A DNA stretch of 64,000 nt from Ostreococcus lucimarinus. Lineage: Eukaryota. The stretch is taken from assembly GCA_000092065.1 (NCBI GenBank), contig CP000587.1, one strand, 5' to 3'. Position 1 is the stretch's first letter; the number at the start of each line of letters is the position of its first letter. A program made the position numbers and the translations under genes. Shown one piece after another: positions 1 to 10,600 of the stretch. The notes beneath the pieces are model-generated. The model was not told the DNA's origin. It was given only the letters and a program-made list of their open reading frames with translations, and searched no databases.

Positions 1-194
1 CGAATGTCTTCTTCCATGCGTCGGGGGCGTCGAAGTACGTCGCGCGAGCGCGAGACCACGATCCAACTGCCGCGTCTACTCGCACGGCGCGCGAAACAAC
101 GACGATGAAGGTCGTCAAAGCGATCGAGGCGCGCATGATTGTGAGCACATGTGCTGTCGTCGGCGTCGGTTACAATTCTCCAATGTCGAGTCGA

Positions 195-2456
195 TCACGG
201 CACGTACGCCGCAGCCGAAGCGACGTCGCCGTGTGTCTCGAAATACTCCACTAATGTCGCTAGAAATCTATCGCTGCTTACTGTGTCGCTATCGATGATG
301 AGGCAACAGTGCTTCCGTGCCCGCGTCACGGCGACGTTCATGCGCCGACTATCGGAGAGGAATCCCACCTCGCCCGATGCGTTCGAACGCACTGCGCTGA
401 TAATGATGGCTTCTTTTTCGCGTCCCTGGAATCCATCGACGGTAGACACTTCCAGATTTTTGAGCGCGTCGTCTCTGGCGCGAAGTTCACGAAGCACCGT
501 GACTTGACCGTTGTACGGCGTGATGACGCCGATGTCGTCCACGGCGACGTCGTGGCGAGCGACGAGACGCCTGACCACTTCCATTACCACCGCCGCTTCG
601 TCGGGATTTTCTTTGCTTTCGCCATCCTCTTCTACGCGCTCGTCCATATCGCAGCCGGCGGTGTCGATCAAGAGTAAAACGGGAGGGTCGTCCTCGCCGT
701 CGCCTCGAAGTCGATGCGTCGCGACGGATTCCGCCGCAGTGAGCTTACCTTGGTACATCGCCTCCGAGGACCACGTCATGATATCAGCATGCATGCGATA
801 CTGCACGGTAAGCATACGAGCAACTAAATCGCCGTACATGTCGTGAAGCCGTTGAAAAAGCGTGTCGCTCAATCCTTTCGCCTGCGCTTCATCCGAGATC
901 ACCGTAGGCGGAAGCTGCAAATGATCGCCGGCGAGCACAGTCTTCTTACCTTTTAAGACTGCTCCCCAGCACGCGGCTTCGAGCGCCTGGGCGGCTTCGT
1001 CTATGACAACGACATCGAAATCTTGAAATTTCAACGTTCCCGACAGCGCTCCACTGAGCGTTGAGCACACGACGCGCGCGCCGTCGACGACATCCCTCAT
1101 CGCCGCCTTTTGACGATTCCGTTCCTCCTTTGCTAGCACTCTCAGCTCCTTGCGAACTTCGTTCCGTTCGACGCGATCTTTTCTGTCGTTGAGCTTCAAC
1201 AACTTTCTACGCAATATTTTGCTCTCCTTTGCGCAATCTTTAGCGAGCTTGCTGTTATCGCTCGCCAGGAGTTGTGCCTCGAGTGACGCCGCGAGCACGG
1301 ACGGCAGCAATCTTGCCGGGTGACCGACGCGTACCAGGCGCATTTCGCCTCCTTCGGGAAGCTTGATTTTCATCAAGCGTTCGACTAAGTTGTCTATGGC
1401 TATATTTGAGGCCGTGCACGCGAGCACGCGAGAGCCGCGCGCGACTTCCTGTGCCACGTACTCGACCACCGCCGTCGTTTTGCCCGTACCGGGAGGTCCA
1501 TGAATCAGTGCAAAGTCTACGCAGCGCAACGCGTGCTCGATCGCACCACGCTGCGACGCGTCTAAAGCGGTGTTGATCCATTCGACCTCTTTCCCAGTTT
1601 TCGAAACTCGAGGCTTGGAGTCCCCGAACGCGACGCCGACTAGATGCGCCCCCGGCTGTTTCGCGTCGCTCGAACCCCCATATTTCCCTACTCGCTCGAC
1701 CGCGGAAACCAACCTTTTGTGCGTCGCCTCGTTGGATAACCGTTCTAAACGTAACGTGCCGCTGAGCTCGTCCGGCATGTCATCGCACGCGAGCTCGATT
1801 TGCGTATCCCGAATTCTATACACGACGCCGCTCGCCAGCGGTTCGCCCTCCGCCGAAGACTTATTCGGCCTCAAGCAAACCACATCGTGCGGACTCAGCT
1901 TATGCGGCGGCAACGGCAAAGCATCCGAACCATTCGGCCGACTCGCGAGCTCTAAAGTCACGATCGTCTGCCCGAGCAAACCGCCGCGAAGATCCGTCGC
2001 GGTCAATCCCAACAGCGCTCGACCGCGTCTCGCCGCCGCCTCGGGAGATAGCCCTCGCAATATCTCCTGCGCCTGCGCCTCCTCGGCCTCGCGCTCGAGT
2101 TCGAGCAAATCCATCGTTTTCTTCGTCCAGCGCGCCAAACCGTCCCCATCGCTCGCGTCCTCGCCGAAATCGCGCAATTCCTCGAGCGTCGCCGAGACGC
2201 CCAGCCGTCGACGCAGCGCCTCGACCACGTCTTCGTCCCGCACGCAAACCATCTCTCGATAAATCCGCGCGTTCGCGCTCAGGTCCCCGACGACGATTCT
2301 TCGGTCGCTTCCCGCGTCGCCGTGCGAGGCGTGTTCGAGGCCGTGGCGTTCACAGAACGCGTGCAACTGCGCGCGCTGTTTCGCGGAAAGCGCTGGAGAG
2401 AACTCGACGCGCGCCGGTTTACCGCCGCGCGCGGCGTCACCGCGCGCCATGATCAC
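195..2456 (-). CDS. Superfamily-1 RNA/DNA helicase, UPF1/IGHMBP2 (SMUBP-2)-like, with an N-terminal R3H-like segment
   Basis: 753-aa ORF. Walker A 'LIHGPPGTGKTT', Walker B 'VVIDEAAQA', motif VI 'VTRARKHCCLI' and 'TPYNGQV' are typical of the DNA2/NAM7 (AAA_11/AAA_12) helicase family. The first codon in the track is GTG; the ATG at the third codon is probably the real start. Confidence 0.8.
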   Translation of the reverse strand: MIMARGDAARGGKPARVEFSPALSAKQRAQLHAFCERHGLEHASHGDAGSDRRIVVGDLSANARIYREMVCVRDEDVVEALRRRLGVSATLEELRDFGEDASDGDGLARWTKKTMDLLELEREAEEAQAQEILRGLSPEAAARRGRALLGLTATDLRGGLLGQTIVTLELASRPNGSDALPLPPHKLSPHDVVCLRPNKSSAEGEPLASGVVYRIRDTQIELACDDMPDELSGTLRLERLSNEATHKRLVSAVERVGKYGGSSDAKQPGAHLVGVAFGDSKPRVSKTGKEVEWINTALDASQRGAIEHALRCVDFALIHGPPGTGKTTAVVEYVAQEVARGSRVLACTASNIAIDNLVERLMKIKLPEGGEMRLVRVGHPARLLPSVLAASLEAQLLASDNSKLAKDCAKESKILRRKLLKLNDRKDRVERNEVRKELRVLAKEERNRQKAAMRDVVDGARVVCSTLSGALSGTLKFQDFDVVVIDEAAQALEAACWGAVLKGKKTVLAGDHLQLPPTVISDEAQAKGLSDTLFQRLHDMYGDLVARMLTVQYRMHADIMTWSSEAMYQGKLTAAESVATHRLRGDGEDDPPVLLLIDTAGCDMDERVEEDGESKENPDEAAVVMEVVRRLVARHDVAVDDIGVITPYNGQVTVLRELRARDDALKNLEVSTVDGFQGREKEAIIISAVRSNASGEVGFLSDSRRMNVAVTRARKHCCLIIDSDTVSSDRFLATLVEYFETHGDVASAAAYVP

Positions 2457-2659
2457 CGACGCGCGCGGTCGATCGCGCGGTCGATCGCGCGAGGGAGGTC
2501 GGCGGACGCCGCGCGCGCGCGCGGCGCTGTGGCGGTGTGACCGTCTTCGCGTAACCGTCAGCCGAGTGCGTGCGCCGAGGCCGATTTCTTCATCGCGCGC
2601 GCGACGAACGACGCGACGGCGCGTGGCGACGCGCTTTAATTATAGTAATTATTTCACCG

Positions 2660-4324
2660 CTATTTGGAGCTCGCGGCGATGACCCAGGCGAGCTGACGCA
2701 GAGTTCGTCGCGTGACGTCGACGCACGCGCGCTCGTCGCGAGCGAGTTGCTCGAACGAGGCGTCGGCGACGTCGAGGAGCGTCGGCGCGTCTCGAGGCCA
2801 AACGTCTCGAAGAGCATCGTGCGCGCGACGCGCGAGCGCCGTCGTCGCCTCTTTCGTGGCTTCGATAAAAATCTTGACGTCGTCGTCGTACCCGGCGACG
2901 CGTTCGCGCGCGAGCACGGCGGCTGGAACGGGGTCGACGTCGAGCCAATCGCCGCCGCGAATGGAATCGACGACGCGGACGATTTTTTCGAGCGTCGTCG
3001 TCGAGAGTTTTGCTAATCCGTCGCACACGCACTCGTCGCGCAGTTCGTCCAGCGCCTCCTCGAACGCAGCGACGGTGTCGGCAAAGTTGTCGCGGCTCGA
3101 TCCAGACGTGCTCGCGAGCGTCTCGCCAATCTCTTCCGCTCTCGCGTCGACGGCGGCGATGAGCGCGACGAGCACCGACGACTCGACATCGTGTGCGCGC
3201 GCGGCATCGTCGCCGAGCGGTACGGCCACGAGCGTGGCCGGGTCACCGGGCGACGCCGGCGGCGCCGCGTTCGCCGTGGATTGTTCGGCCGTCAACGTCG
3301 CGTCGAGCTCTCGAACGAGCTCTCGAACACGGCGCTGCGCGTCTTCGGACGCGCCGTTCAATAACGCATCCATCGCGCGCTCACACGCGACTTCAACGTG
3401 CGCTTGCGCTGTCGCCGCGCCGAAGTCAGCCAGACGCTCGACCAAAATCGCAGCCGCGCGCTCGTCGTCGTCCTCATCCCCCGCCAGCACGTCCGCCGTC
3501 GCCTTCACCACCGACGTCAGCGCGCTAAAAGCCCCCATACCCACGCTCTGCGTCTTCTTCGTGACGTTCGTCGCGAACGTCTTCGGGTCACTCGCTGCGT
3601 TTTCAATCACTCCCTCAGCGTTTTCCAACGCGCGCTTCGCCTTGTTCGCCGCGCCGCCGAACGCGGCCCAAGCGCCCGATGCGAACGTCTCCGCCAGCCG
3701 CACCGCGTCCGCCGTCTTCGGCGCGTCATCTCGGGCGTCTTCGTTTCCATCCTCCGCGTCGTCATCGTCTTCGCGAACGACGCGCGTTCGCGCGCCATCG
3801 TCGCCGACGACGTGCGACGAAAACGTCTTCAAGTCTCTTCGCAGCGCGCGCGCCGCGTCCGACGCCGCCGCCTCCTTCACCACCGCCTTCGCCTTCGCCA
3901 AGCTCGCGCTCGCCCATCCACCCAAATTCATCGCCAATTTTCCCACGTCTGGCGCGTCCAACGGCGGTAACGGCGGCGGTTTCGCCGTCGACGCCTTTTC
4001 CGTCTCCGTCGTCGTCTCCGTCGTCGTCGTCGTCTCTGTCTCGCCCTCGCTCGCCGCGCGATCCGCGTCGTCCGTCACCGACGACGAACCATCGTCGCGC
4101 GTCGTCTCTTCCGGCGTCACCGCCTTCCCGTCGCGCCCGTCGCGCGCGTCGTCGTCGTCGTCGTCATCGTCATTCTTTCCGTCAAACACATCATCGTCGT
4201 TCTCGTCGTCGTCGTCGCGCGTCTCCGGTGACGCGTCGCGCGCGTCGCCGTCGACGCCTTCGCTCGCCTCGTCGTCGTCGCTCGAATCGAGCCAGGCGTC
4301 GATCTCGTCGTCGTCGTCGGACAT
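2660..4324 (-). CDS. Hypothetical acidic (Asp/Glu/Thr-rich) protein
   Basis: Long ORF. I placed the start at the internal 'MSDDDDEIDAW...' ATG (~4324), because the upstream R-rich extension looks like non-coding GC-rich DNA. Poly-D/T low-complexity blocks; no recognisable domain. Confidence 0.45.
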   Translation of the reverse strand: MSDDDDEIDAWLDSSDDDEASEGVDGDARDASPETRDDDDENDDDVFDGKNDDDDDDDDARDGRDGKAVTPEETTRDDGSSSVTDDADRAASEGETETTTTTETTTETEKASTAKPPPLPPLDAPDVGKLAMNLGGWASASLAKAKAVVKEAAASDAARALRRDLKTFSSHVVGDDGARTRVVREDDDDAEDGNEDARDDAPKTADAVRLAETFASGAWAAFGGAANKAKRALENAEGVIENAASDPKTFATNVTKKTQSVGMGAFSALTSVVKATADVLAGDEDDDERAAAILVERLADFGAATAQAHVEVACERAMDALLNGASEDAQRRVRELVRELDATLTAEQSTANAAPPASPGDPATLVAVPLGDDAARAHDVESSVLVALIAAVDARAEEIGETLASTSGSSRDNFADTVAAFEEALDELRDECVCDGLAKLSTTTLEKIVRVVDSIRGGDWLDVDPVPAAVLARERVAGYDDDVKIFIEATKEATTALARRAHDALRDVWPRDAPTLLDVADASFEQLARDERACVDVTRRTLRQLAWVIAASSK

Positions 4325-4354
4325 CACAGCGCGACGCGCTGTGACTCCGAAACG

Positions 4355-5341
4355 ATGTTCGCGCCCGGACCGCGCGGTCGCGCGCGCGCGCGCGGCCGCG
4401 ACGGCGCGTGCGGGGACCCGATGTTTTACTACCTCGCCTGGCGCTCGCTCGAGGCGATCGCGCGGTGCTGGCGGGCGACGCGCGACGCGTTCGGGTTCGA
4501 GCCGGTCGGCGCGGCGGCGACGCTGGGCGTCGTTTTCGTCGAGCGCGTCGCGCGACGCGCGCCGGGCGCGATCGGGGACGCCGCGCGCGTCGTTTCGAGC
4601 GCCGCGATGTGCGCGCGCGGGCGCGGGCGCGGCGGCGCCGCGGAGAGGCTTCGGGACGCGGCGCTCGCGACGTGCTCGCACGAGAGCGACTTCGCGGTGG
4701 CGTGCTTCGCGGGATCGATGTTCGCTAAGATGGCGGAGACGGAGCGGCGAGTGCGGGAAGCGGTCGGGACGCGCGCGAGCGCGCCGGCGACGGTGGCGTT
4801 CGCGCTGGCGCTGGGAATGGCGACGAACGCGGCGGCGGCGGCGAGCGCGCGCGCGCTCGGATACGGCGACGCGTGCTGGCGCGGCGCGGGGGGGCTCGTG
4901 TTCGCGCTGAAGACGTATCGGGCGAGGGTCGATTACGCGAGAGGATATCGCGGACGGGTGAGCTTTTTTGGATTCATCGACGTGCCGGCGGAGACGGCGA
5001 GCGTGGCGGAGATTGTCATTTTGGCGTTGATGGATTCGTCGCCGACGGCGTTGAATCTGTACGGCGCGGGCGCCGCCGTGGGATTCATGGTGGCCTCGTT
5101 TGAGCGAGAAACGATGCGCGGCTTAGCGTGCGCGACGAGAGGCGTGAAAAAATTGCTCGGCGTAGCGCTGGGACCGAGCGTTCGCGTCGGCTCGCGCGTC
5201 GTGTTGGCGCGCATGCGCAACGCGTCGCTCAACGGCAATTGGGGAATCGTCGTCGAGACGCGCGGGGATCAGGTGACGGTGTCTCTGGACGTCGACGGGC
5301 GAAACATCACGGCTTTACGAGATAACCTAATCGTCGTCTAA
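4355..5341 (+). CDS. Hypothetical protein (conserved-looking C-terminal beta-rich region)
   Basis: 328-aa ORF. ATG at 4355; an alternative ATG at ~4421 (MFYYLAWR). No recognisable family. It lies 30 bp from the divergent start of the neighbouring gene, so the true start may be downstream. Confidence 0.4.
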   Translation: MFAPGPRGRARARGRDGACGDPMFYYLAWRSLEAIARCWRATRDAFGFEPVGAAATLGVVFVERVARRAPGAIGDAARVVSSAAMCARGRGRGGAAERLRDAALATCSHESDFAVACFAGSMFAKMAETERRVREAVGTRASAPATVAFALALGMATNAAAAASARALGYGDACWRGAGGLVFALKTYRARVDYARGYRGRVSFFGFIDVPAETASVAEIVILALMDSSPTALNLYGAGAAVGFMVASFERETMRGLACATRGVKKLLGVALGPSVRVGSRVVLARMRNASLNGNWGIVVETRGDQVTVSLDVDGRNITALRDNLIVV

Positions 5342-5394
5342 ATTCTACGTCTACGCGCTGCTGTAAAACTAAACTGTACCGATTGCCGAACGCT

Positions 5395-6621
5395 TCACCT
5401 TCGCACGACGGCGAAACGATACACCGGTCGCCATTTGCCTTCGCACACGATATCGCGCTCGGTGAACGCCTCGTACGGATTTGCCCGTAGCCATCGTCGA
5501 TTTCGAACCGGCTTTACGTCCGGAAGCGGTTCCCATTCAAATTTGTGCGCGGCGTCGTGCTCCGGGACGTCGTCCAAAGAAGCGGGCACCTCGGATTCGT
5601 CCATATCCCCCACTCGCGCGTACGTCGCTTCGTCGATGATAAAGTCATCGTTCGCGGCAACGACATCGTACATTTCAGACGCCAACGCTTTCACGTCCGA
5701 GCAACAGAAGAGCTCGCCACCGCTCGGAAGGACATTCGCGAGCGCTCGCGCGAATTCGGGCGTCATCACGCGCCGCTCGAAGTGTCGTCCTCGACTCCAA
5801 GGATCGGGGAACTGCACGCACACCGCGCGCACGTTCGGTAAGTTCATACTCTCCAACGATACGTTCACGTTGGCTGAAACGAAGTGCACGGGCAGACGTA
5901 ATCGCGCCTCATTCGCCCGCACCCACGCGTTCGCCTGCCGCACCAGCGGCGGGTAAATTTCAACCCCTAATAAATTAAACTCCACGCCCTGCTTCGCTCG
6001 CGTGAACGCTTCCGCGCGTTCGGTTGATAAAGCCTTAATGAAACCGCCCTTAGCGGTGCCGACGTCTACTAACAGCGGCCGTCCGCGCGCGTCTCCGAAC
6101 GCGCTCGACCAATACGCTTCGTCGAGCGTCAACGGCGCCTGAAACGGCGCCGACATCGGATTGGTCATCTTCTTCATTCGTCGATTCAGATTCTTCTTCT
6201 TTCCATCGTGCGTCGTCGCCGCCTCCGTCGTCGTCGTCGTCGCGACGTTCAACATTTCGTTCGCGTCTCGACACAACGTCTCGTCCGCATCACCCTCTTC
6301 GAACGCGCGGTGCCGCGAGCACATCGTCCCGCCGTCCCTCGCCTTTGCCGCGCAAAACCGTCGTTTTCGCGGCACGTACCGCGCGCAGCGCCCCTCACCG
6401 GGTTCACCGGCGAGCGCGCGTTCGAGGCGCTTCAATTCTTCGTACTCGGCGAGCCACGCGGGGTCGGCGACGATGGCGTCGAGCGACGCGCGCGCGCCGG
6501 GTCGGTCGACCTCGTAGTCGTCGTCCCGGCGGCGGAGCGTCTCGCGCAGGACGCGCGCGCGCGCGACGACGGCGGACGACGACGGGTCGTCATCGCCGAC
6601 GTCACCGACGCGGGAGGACAT
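5395..6621 (-). CDS. tRNA (guanine-N7)-methyltransferase (TrmB/METTL1 family) with a Cys-rich N-terminal extension
   Basis: 'LVDVGTAKGGF', 'GVEIYPPLV', 'FPDPW...RRV' and 'ELFCCSDV' match the Methyltransf_4 (TrmB) motifs. Confidence 0.8.
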   Translation of the reverse strand: MSSRVGDVGDDDPSSSAVVARARVLRETLRRRDDDYEVDRPGARASLDAIVADPAWLAEYEELKRLERALAGEPGEGRCARYVPRKRRFCAAKARDGGTMCSRHRAFEEGDADETLCRDANEMLNVATTTTTEAATTHDGKKKNLNRRMKKMTNPMSAPFQAPLTLDEAYWSSAFGDARGRPLLVDVGTAKGGFIKALSTERAEAFTRAKQGVEFNLLGVEIYPPLVRQANAWVRANEARLRLPVHFVSANVNVSLESMNLPNVRAVCVQFPDPWSRGRHFERRVMTPEFARALANVLPSGGELFCCSDVKALASEMYDVVAANDDFIIDEATYARVGDMDESEVPASLDDVPEHDAAHKFEWEPLPDVKPVRNRRWLRANPYEAFTERDIVCEGKWRPVYRFAVVRR

Positions 6622-6802
6622 CGCGCGCGCGGTCGCGCGGTCGCGCGTCGCGGCGATGTGTCGTAAAGCGCTGTCGTAAAGCGTAAAGCGACGCGGCGCG
6701 GCGGCGCGTCTTACAAAAGTGAAAAATGCGTCATCGCGTCGCGCGCGTCGCGCGACGGTCGAGTCGGTCGACGTCGATCGATAAAGGTTTGATTCCGTCG
6801 GT

Positions 6803-7468
6803 TCACGCCGATTTGGCGGCGTACCACGCGGCGACTTCCGGAATGGCGTGAAACTTTTCGTAGTACGCGACGACGTCGGCGAAGGCGTCGAGACACTCTT
6901 TGGGCACGTGATCGATCCCGCCGCTGCGAAATCTGCGCAACAGCGGCACCAACGCGCAATCCGCGATCGTCACCCGGTCGCCGCAAAGAAACTTGCCGCC
7001 CGCGACGCGCTTGGAGATGAAGCCGCAGTATCGCGGAAGCTCTTCGCGGATCCAGCGCTCTCGCATCGCCTTCGTCGTCGCCGCGTGCGCGTCCGACCCT
7101 TTCTCGAGATTATACTTCTCGGGCGCCATGCCGACCGCCAAGTTCGGGTACCACGACTCGCGCATGTCCTCCACCAGCGACACCGCCTCGTCGATTTCGC
7201 TCGCGCGTTGTTCGTCGTACAATCCGGCTAACCGTCCGCAGTATCTCAAAATCGCATCCGATTGCGCCATCGCTTCGTCGTCGACGTACATCACGGGCAG
7301 TTGTCCGTACGGCGTCGTCGGTTTCACGCTCGGCCAGTCCTCGAACGCGACGCGGTCGTCTCGGAAGGGAATCTTCGCGATCGACAGCGTCAATCGAATC
7401 TTCTCCGCGGGGCCTTCGATGTTAAAGTATTGCAAGCGCAGCGCGGGCGCGGCGGCGGCGGCGGACAT
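6803..7468 (-). CDS. Glutathione S-transferase (GST_N + GST_C)
   Basis: 'LRLQYFNIEGPAEKIRLTL...PYGQLPVMYVDD...QSDAILRYCGRL' is thioredoxin-fold GST. Start set at the internal ATG 'MSAAAAAPALRL' (~7468). Confidence 0.8.
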   Translation of the reverse strand: MSAAAAAPALRLQYFNIEGPAEKIRLTLSIAKIPFRDDRVAFEDWPSVKPTTPYGQLPVMYVDDEAMAQSDAILRYCGRLAGLYDEQRASEIDEAVSLVEDMRESWYPNLAVGMAPEKYNLEKGSDAHAATTKAMRERWIREELPRYCGFISKRVAGGKFLCGDRVTIADCALVPLLRRFRSGGIDHVPKECLDAFADVVAYYEKFHAIPEVAAWYAAKSA

Positions 7469-7691
7469 GTCGAAGCCGTCGTTTATTCGGTCGCTTCGTT
7501 CGCTCGGTTCGCGCGGATCGCGCGAAAGTGACGCGCGCGGGTGGACGCTGACGATGATGATTGATGATGACGAATCGCGTCGCGTCAACGCCGACACGCT
7601 TCGACACGCTTCCATGGTGAAACTAGTCGCGAAGGCGCGTTACAACAAAATAGAGCGTCGCGAAGGAGCGAGACTAGGACGCGCGGATCGA

Positions 7692-10600
7692 TCACACGAA
7701 CGCGTTGCTGGCGCTGAGGTGCTGGATCAAACCGAGGGCCAAATCGCGGTCGACGCCGCTTCGCTCGGCGACGGCGCGCTGCTCGGTGAAGGTGAGCGTC
7801 TCGAATTTGGAGAGTAAACCGCCGTCGAGGACGTCGAGGGGGGCGAGTAATTGCACATGCTTGCCTTCGAAGACTTTGGGGGTGCGAAACGTGCGCGGGT
7901 TGCAACCGATCGGTGAGCGCACCGTGGTGTTCAACTCGCGTTGAAGGGCGTGGAGCTTGGCGTACGTCGGCTCGTCGGTGGGCATGAAGATGCCCAAAGC
8001 GCCGTCGAGCGTGCCGAAGAAGACGGCGTGTCGATTGGTGCCTTTGGGGCGTTCTCCCGGCGCGGCTTTCGCGGTCGTACCTTCCACGTTAAAACGCACC
8101 ATGCGAGAGATGGGCGAACCGACGTGGTACGCCGAACGCACGAGGAGTTTCTGTCCTTTCCACGACTCGAGCGATTTTGGATCGTAGCCAAAGATGCGCG
8201 CGTTGCCGCTCATGTCGGACCCGAGCAAACTCAGAGTGGCGCCGTCGATCAAGAACTCTGTGCTCACGACGTCCATGCGATCGAAATCCTTGCTGAGCTG
8301 AATGATCGACTTCTCGAAGCCGTTCGCCTTCCAGCGGAAAAAGTGCAAGCCCTTCTCTAAATCGCCCACCAGGATGAAATTCTTCACGACGTTGATGCTC
8401 ACGGTGTGAATTGGGGTGTCGAAGAAAGCGACACTATTCAATTCGACGCCATCCCACGTGTGCACGGTGAGCTTGGTACCGACCGCAACAATCAGGTGAC
8501 CGTCGAGCGCCGATAACGCGGTGCACGCCATCTTCGCTTCGCGCACGCAGCACACTTGTCCTTTCCATCTGTACCCATCCATGGATTCGGCGTCGCGCTC
8601 CCACACCATTTGAAATAAAATGACGCGACCGCGACACGGCGTGTCTTCTCCTCCAGGCATCGCCGTACCGACGGCAAGAAGTGAAAGGAGTGCCCCAGTG
8701 TTAATGTCTCTCAATTGGACATTTCGAACGCACTGCACGTGCTCGCCCGGTTCGAGCGCGTGTTGCCACGCGCTATCGAGCGATCCAGGAACGAGGAGTC
8801 GCACCGAGTATTGTAACTCCATGTCATCGTTCGCTTTCGCGCGCTCGCGTCGCACTTTTGCCAAGGCGATACCGTGGACATTATCTTGCTCTATTTCCCG
8901 TTCGACCCAAGGCACAGGAGCTGATGTAACCAGTGCGTAGAGCTTGAAATCTGGCAGGTACGTAATCGTGTGCGGCGTACACTTGAGCGCCACCTTGCGC
9001 ACCGGCCACGCAGCTTCGTAGTGCATTTTACTAGGCATCTGACAAATGCGCACGCCACCCAACGCGGTGCCTAGAATGAAACCGTGCGGACAGTTGACGT
9101 TGTGGAATACCGTGAATGCGACGACCTCGCCTTCACCACGCGTCGGGAGAGCTAATACGCGAGACCTGCGAACGATGAGCCACAACGGGTTTGGGCCTGC
9201 GACAAAGATGCCTTGCACGCCTTGTCCTTCGCCGACGTTACCGATGCGCGTCAATCGCGCGCCCGCTAGGGAGTCTCTAAGCTGACCTGCGGCGCCTATG
9301 CCAGCGACATTCAAACCAGAACCTTCAACGTCGACGTTGACGCGAGAAAATCGCAACTCATTCTTTTCGAGCGGTTCGTCTTGTCCTTCGTACGTCGTCC
9401 CGGCGGGAACAATGAAACCCTTATACAAGAGCAACGTGCCATCGCCACGCACTGCGGTGAGCAAAGGGCGCTCGTGCGCATCTTGGAATGAATCGATGCG
9501 AATATCGACAATCTCAGGGACACTGGACTCAGCGTTGACGGGTGTTTGCGGACTCAATACGCGCATGCCCTCGGACAGCCCATCGGCGCACCAGATGCGC
9601 GTGCAGCTGGGCAACGAAAACAATTCCAGACTTCCACCCTCGCGCGTCAGCGCGACGATGGCCTCGCTGTTGTTGCACGCGCCGCTCTTCTTGTTCCCTT
9701 CCAAACCCGTAATGGTGCCATTCGTCGCAGCTCGATGAATCCATCCGCTCTTGCGTTCGCCCCCGCCCGCCGCGTCTGCGGCTTCAACAGAATCATCCAC
9801 CAGAGCGAACGCCGTTACTGAAGATGTTGGGATCGCCCCCGTTTCCATCAACGAAACACTCATCTGTTTTTCGTCTCCGGACAACAATCTTATCGAACCA
9901 TCCGATAGCCGAACGATGATGTAAGGATCTAAAATCTGTGCGGACGCGATCGCGGCTCCCTTCGGTGCGTCCATGTCCTGCAAACCGACGTCTTGTACCT
10001 TCACGCCTCCCTTTAACACGCGGATGCCCGTTCCCGTGACTTGGACCGAGCAGTAATGTCCGAAAATATTCGACGCCGCCAACGTGGCTTGATTCGTGAT
10101 GAACTCGAGCGAGGCGCTCACTTCTTGAAGCTCCTCGCCGGTTTCCATGATCATCGTCGACGACTTCATGCTCAGTAACAAATGATGATGGAAAGGTTCG
10201 CGTTCTTCTTTCGAACCTTCTTTGCGATAGTGCAACGTCCACAAACCTTGTAAATTGGGCAGCGTACCGGATTCGACTTCGGTGACGAGTTCAGGCTGGA
10301 CGCCACGAGTCAAAATTGCCAGCGCACCGTTCTTCCCTTGACCGCACGCGGTGATGAGCTCGGTGCGCTCGTTCTTGTTCGAACCCATGGGCGCGCTCGC
10401 GCCGACGGCGATATCCACCACAGGCGCGACGCCGAGCAAAGAGTCCTTGACCTTCAAATCGTAACCAGCAACCTTCAAGCCTGGGATGATGCCGGCCAAG
10501 CCTTCGCGCTTCTTCTCCGTTTGCACGGCGTCGGTCTGCACAGTCTCCGTTTTCGTCGTGCCGTAGAGCAACGCCTCGAGCTCGTCATCGTCATCTTCGG

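Noticed and set aside
2712-4910. 732-aa plus-strand ORF rich in Ser/Ala/Arg, antisense to the acidic protein gene
   Set aside because: It is the reverse complement of a GC-rich coding region and is low-complexity throughout. The absence of stops is expected at ~70 % GC, and there are no domain signatures.
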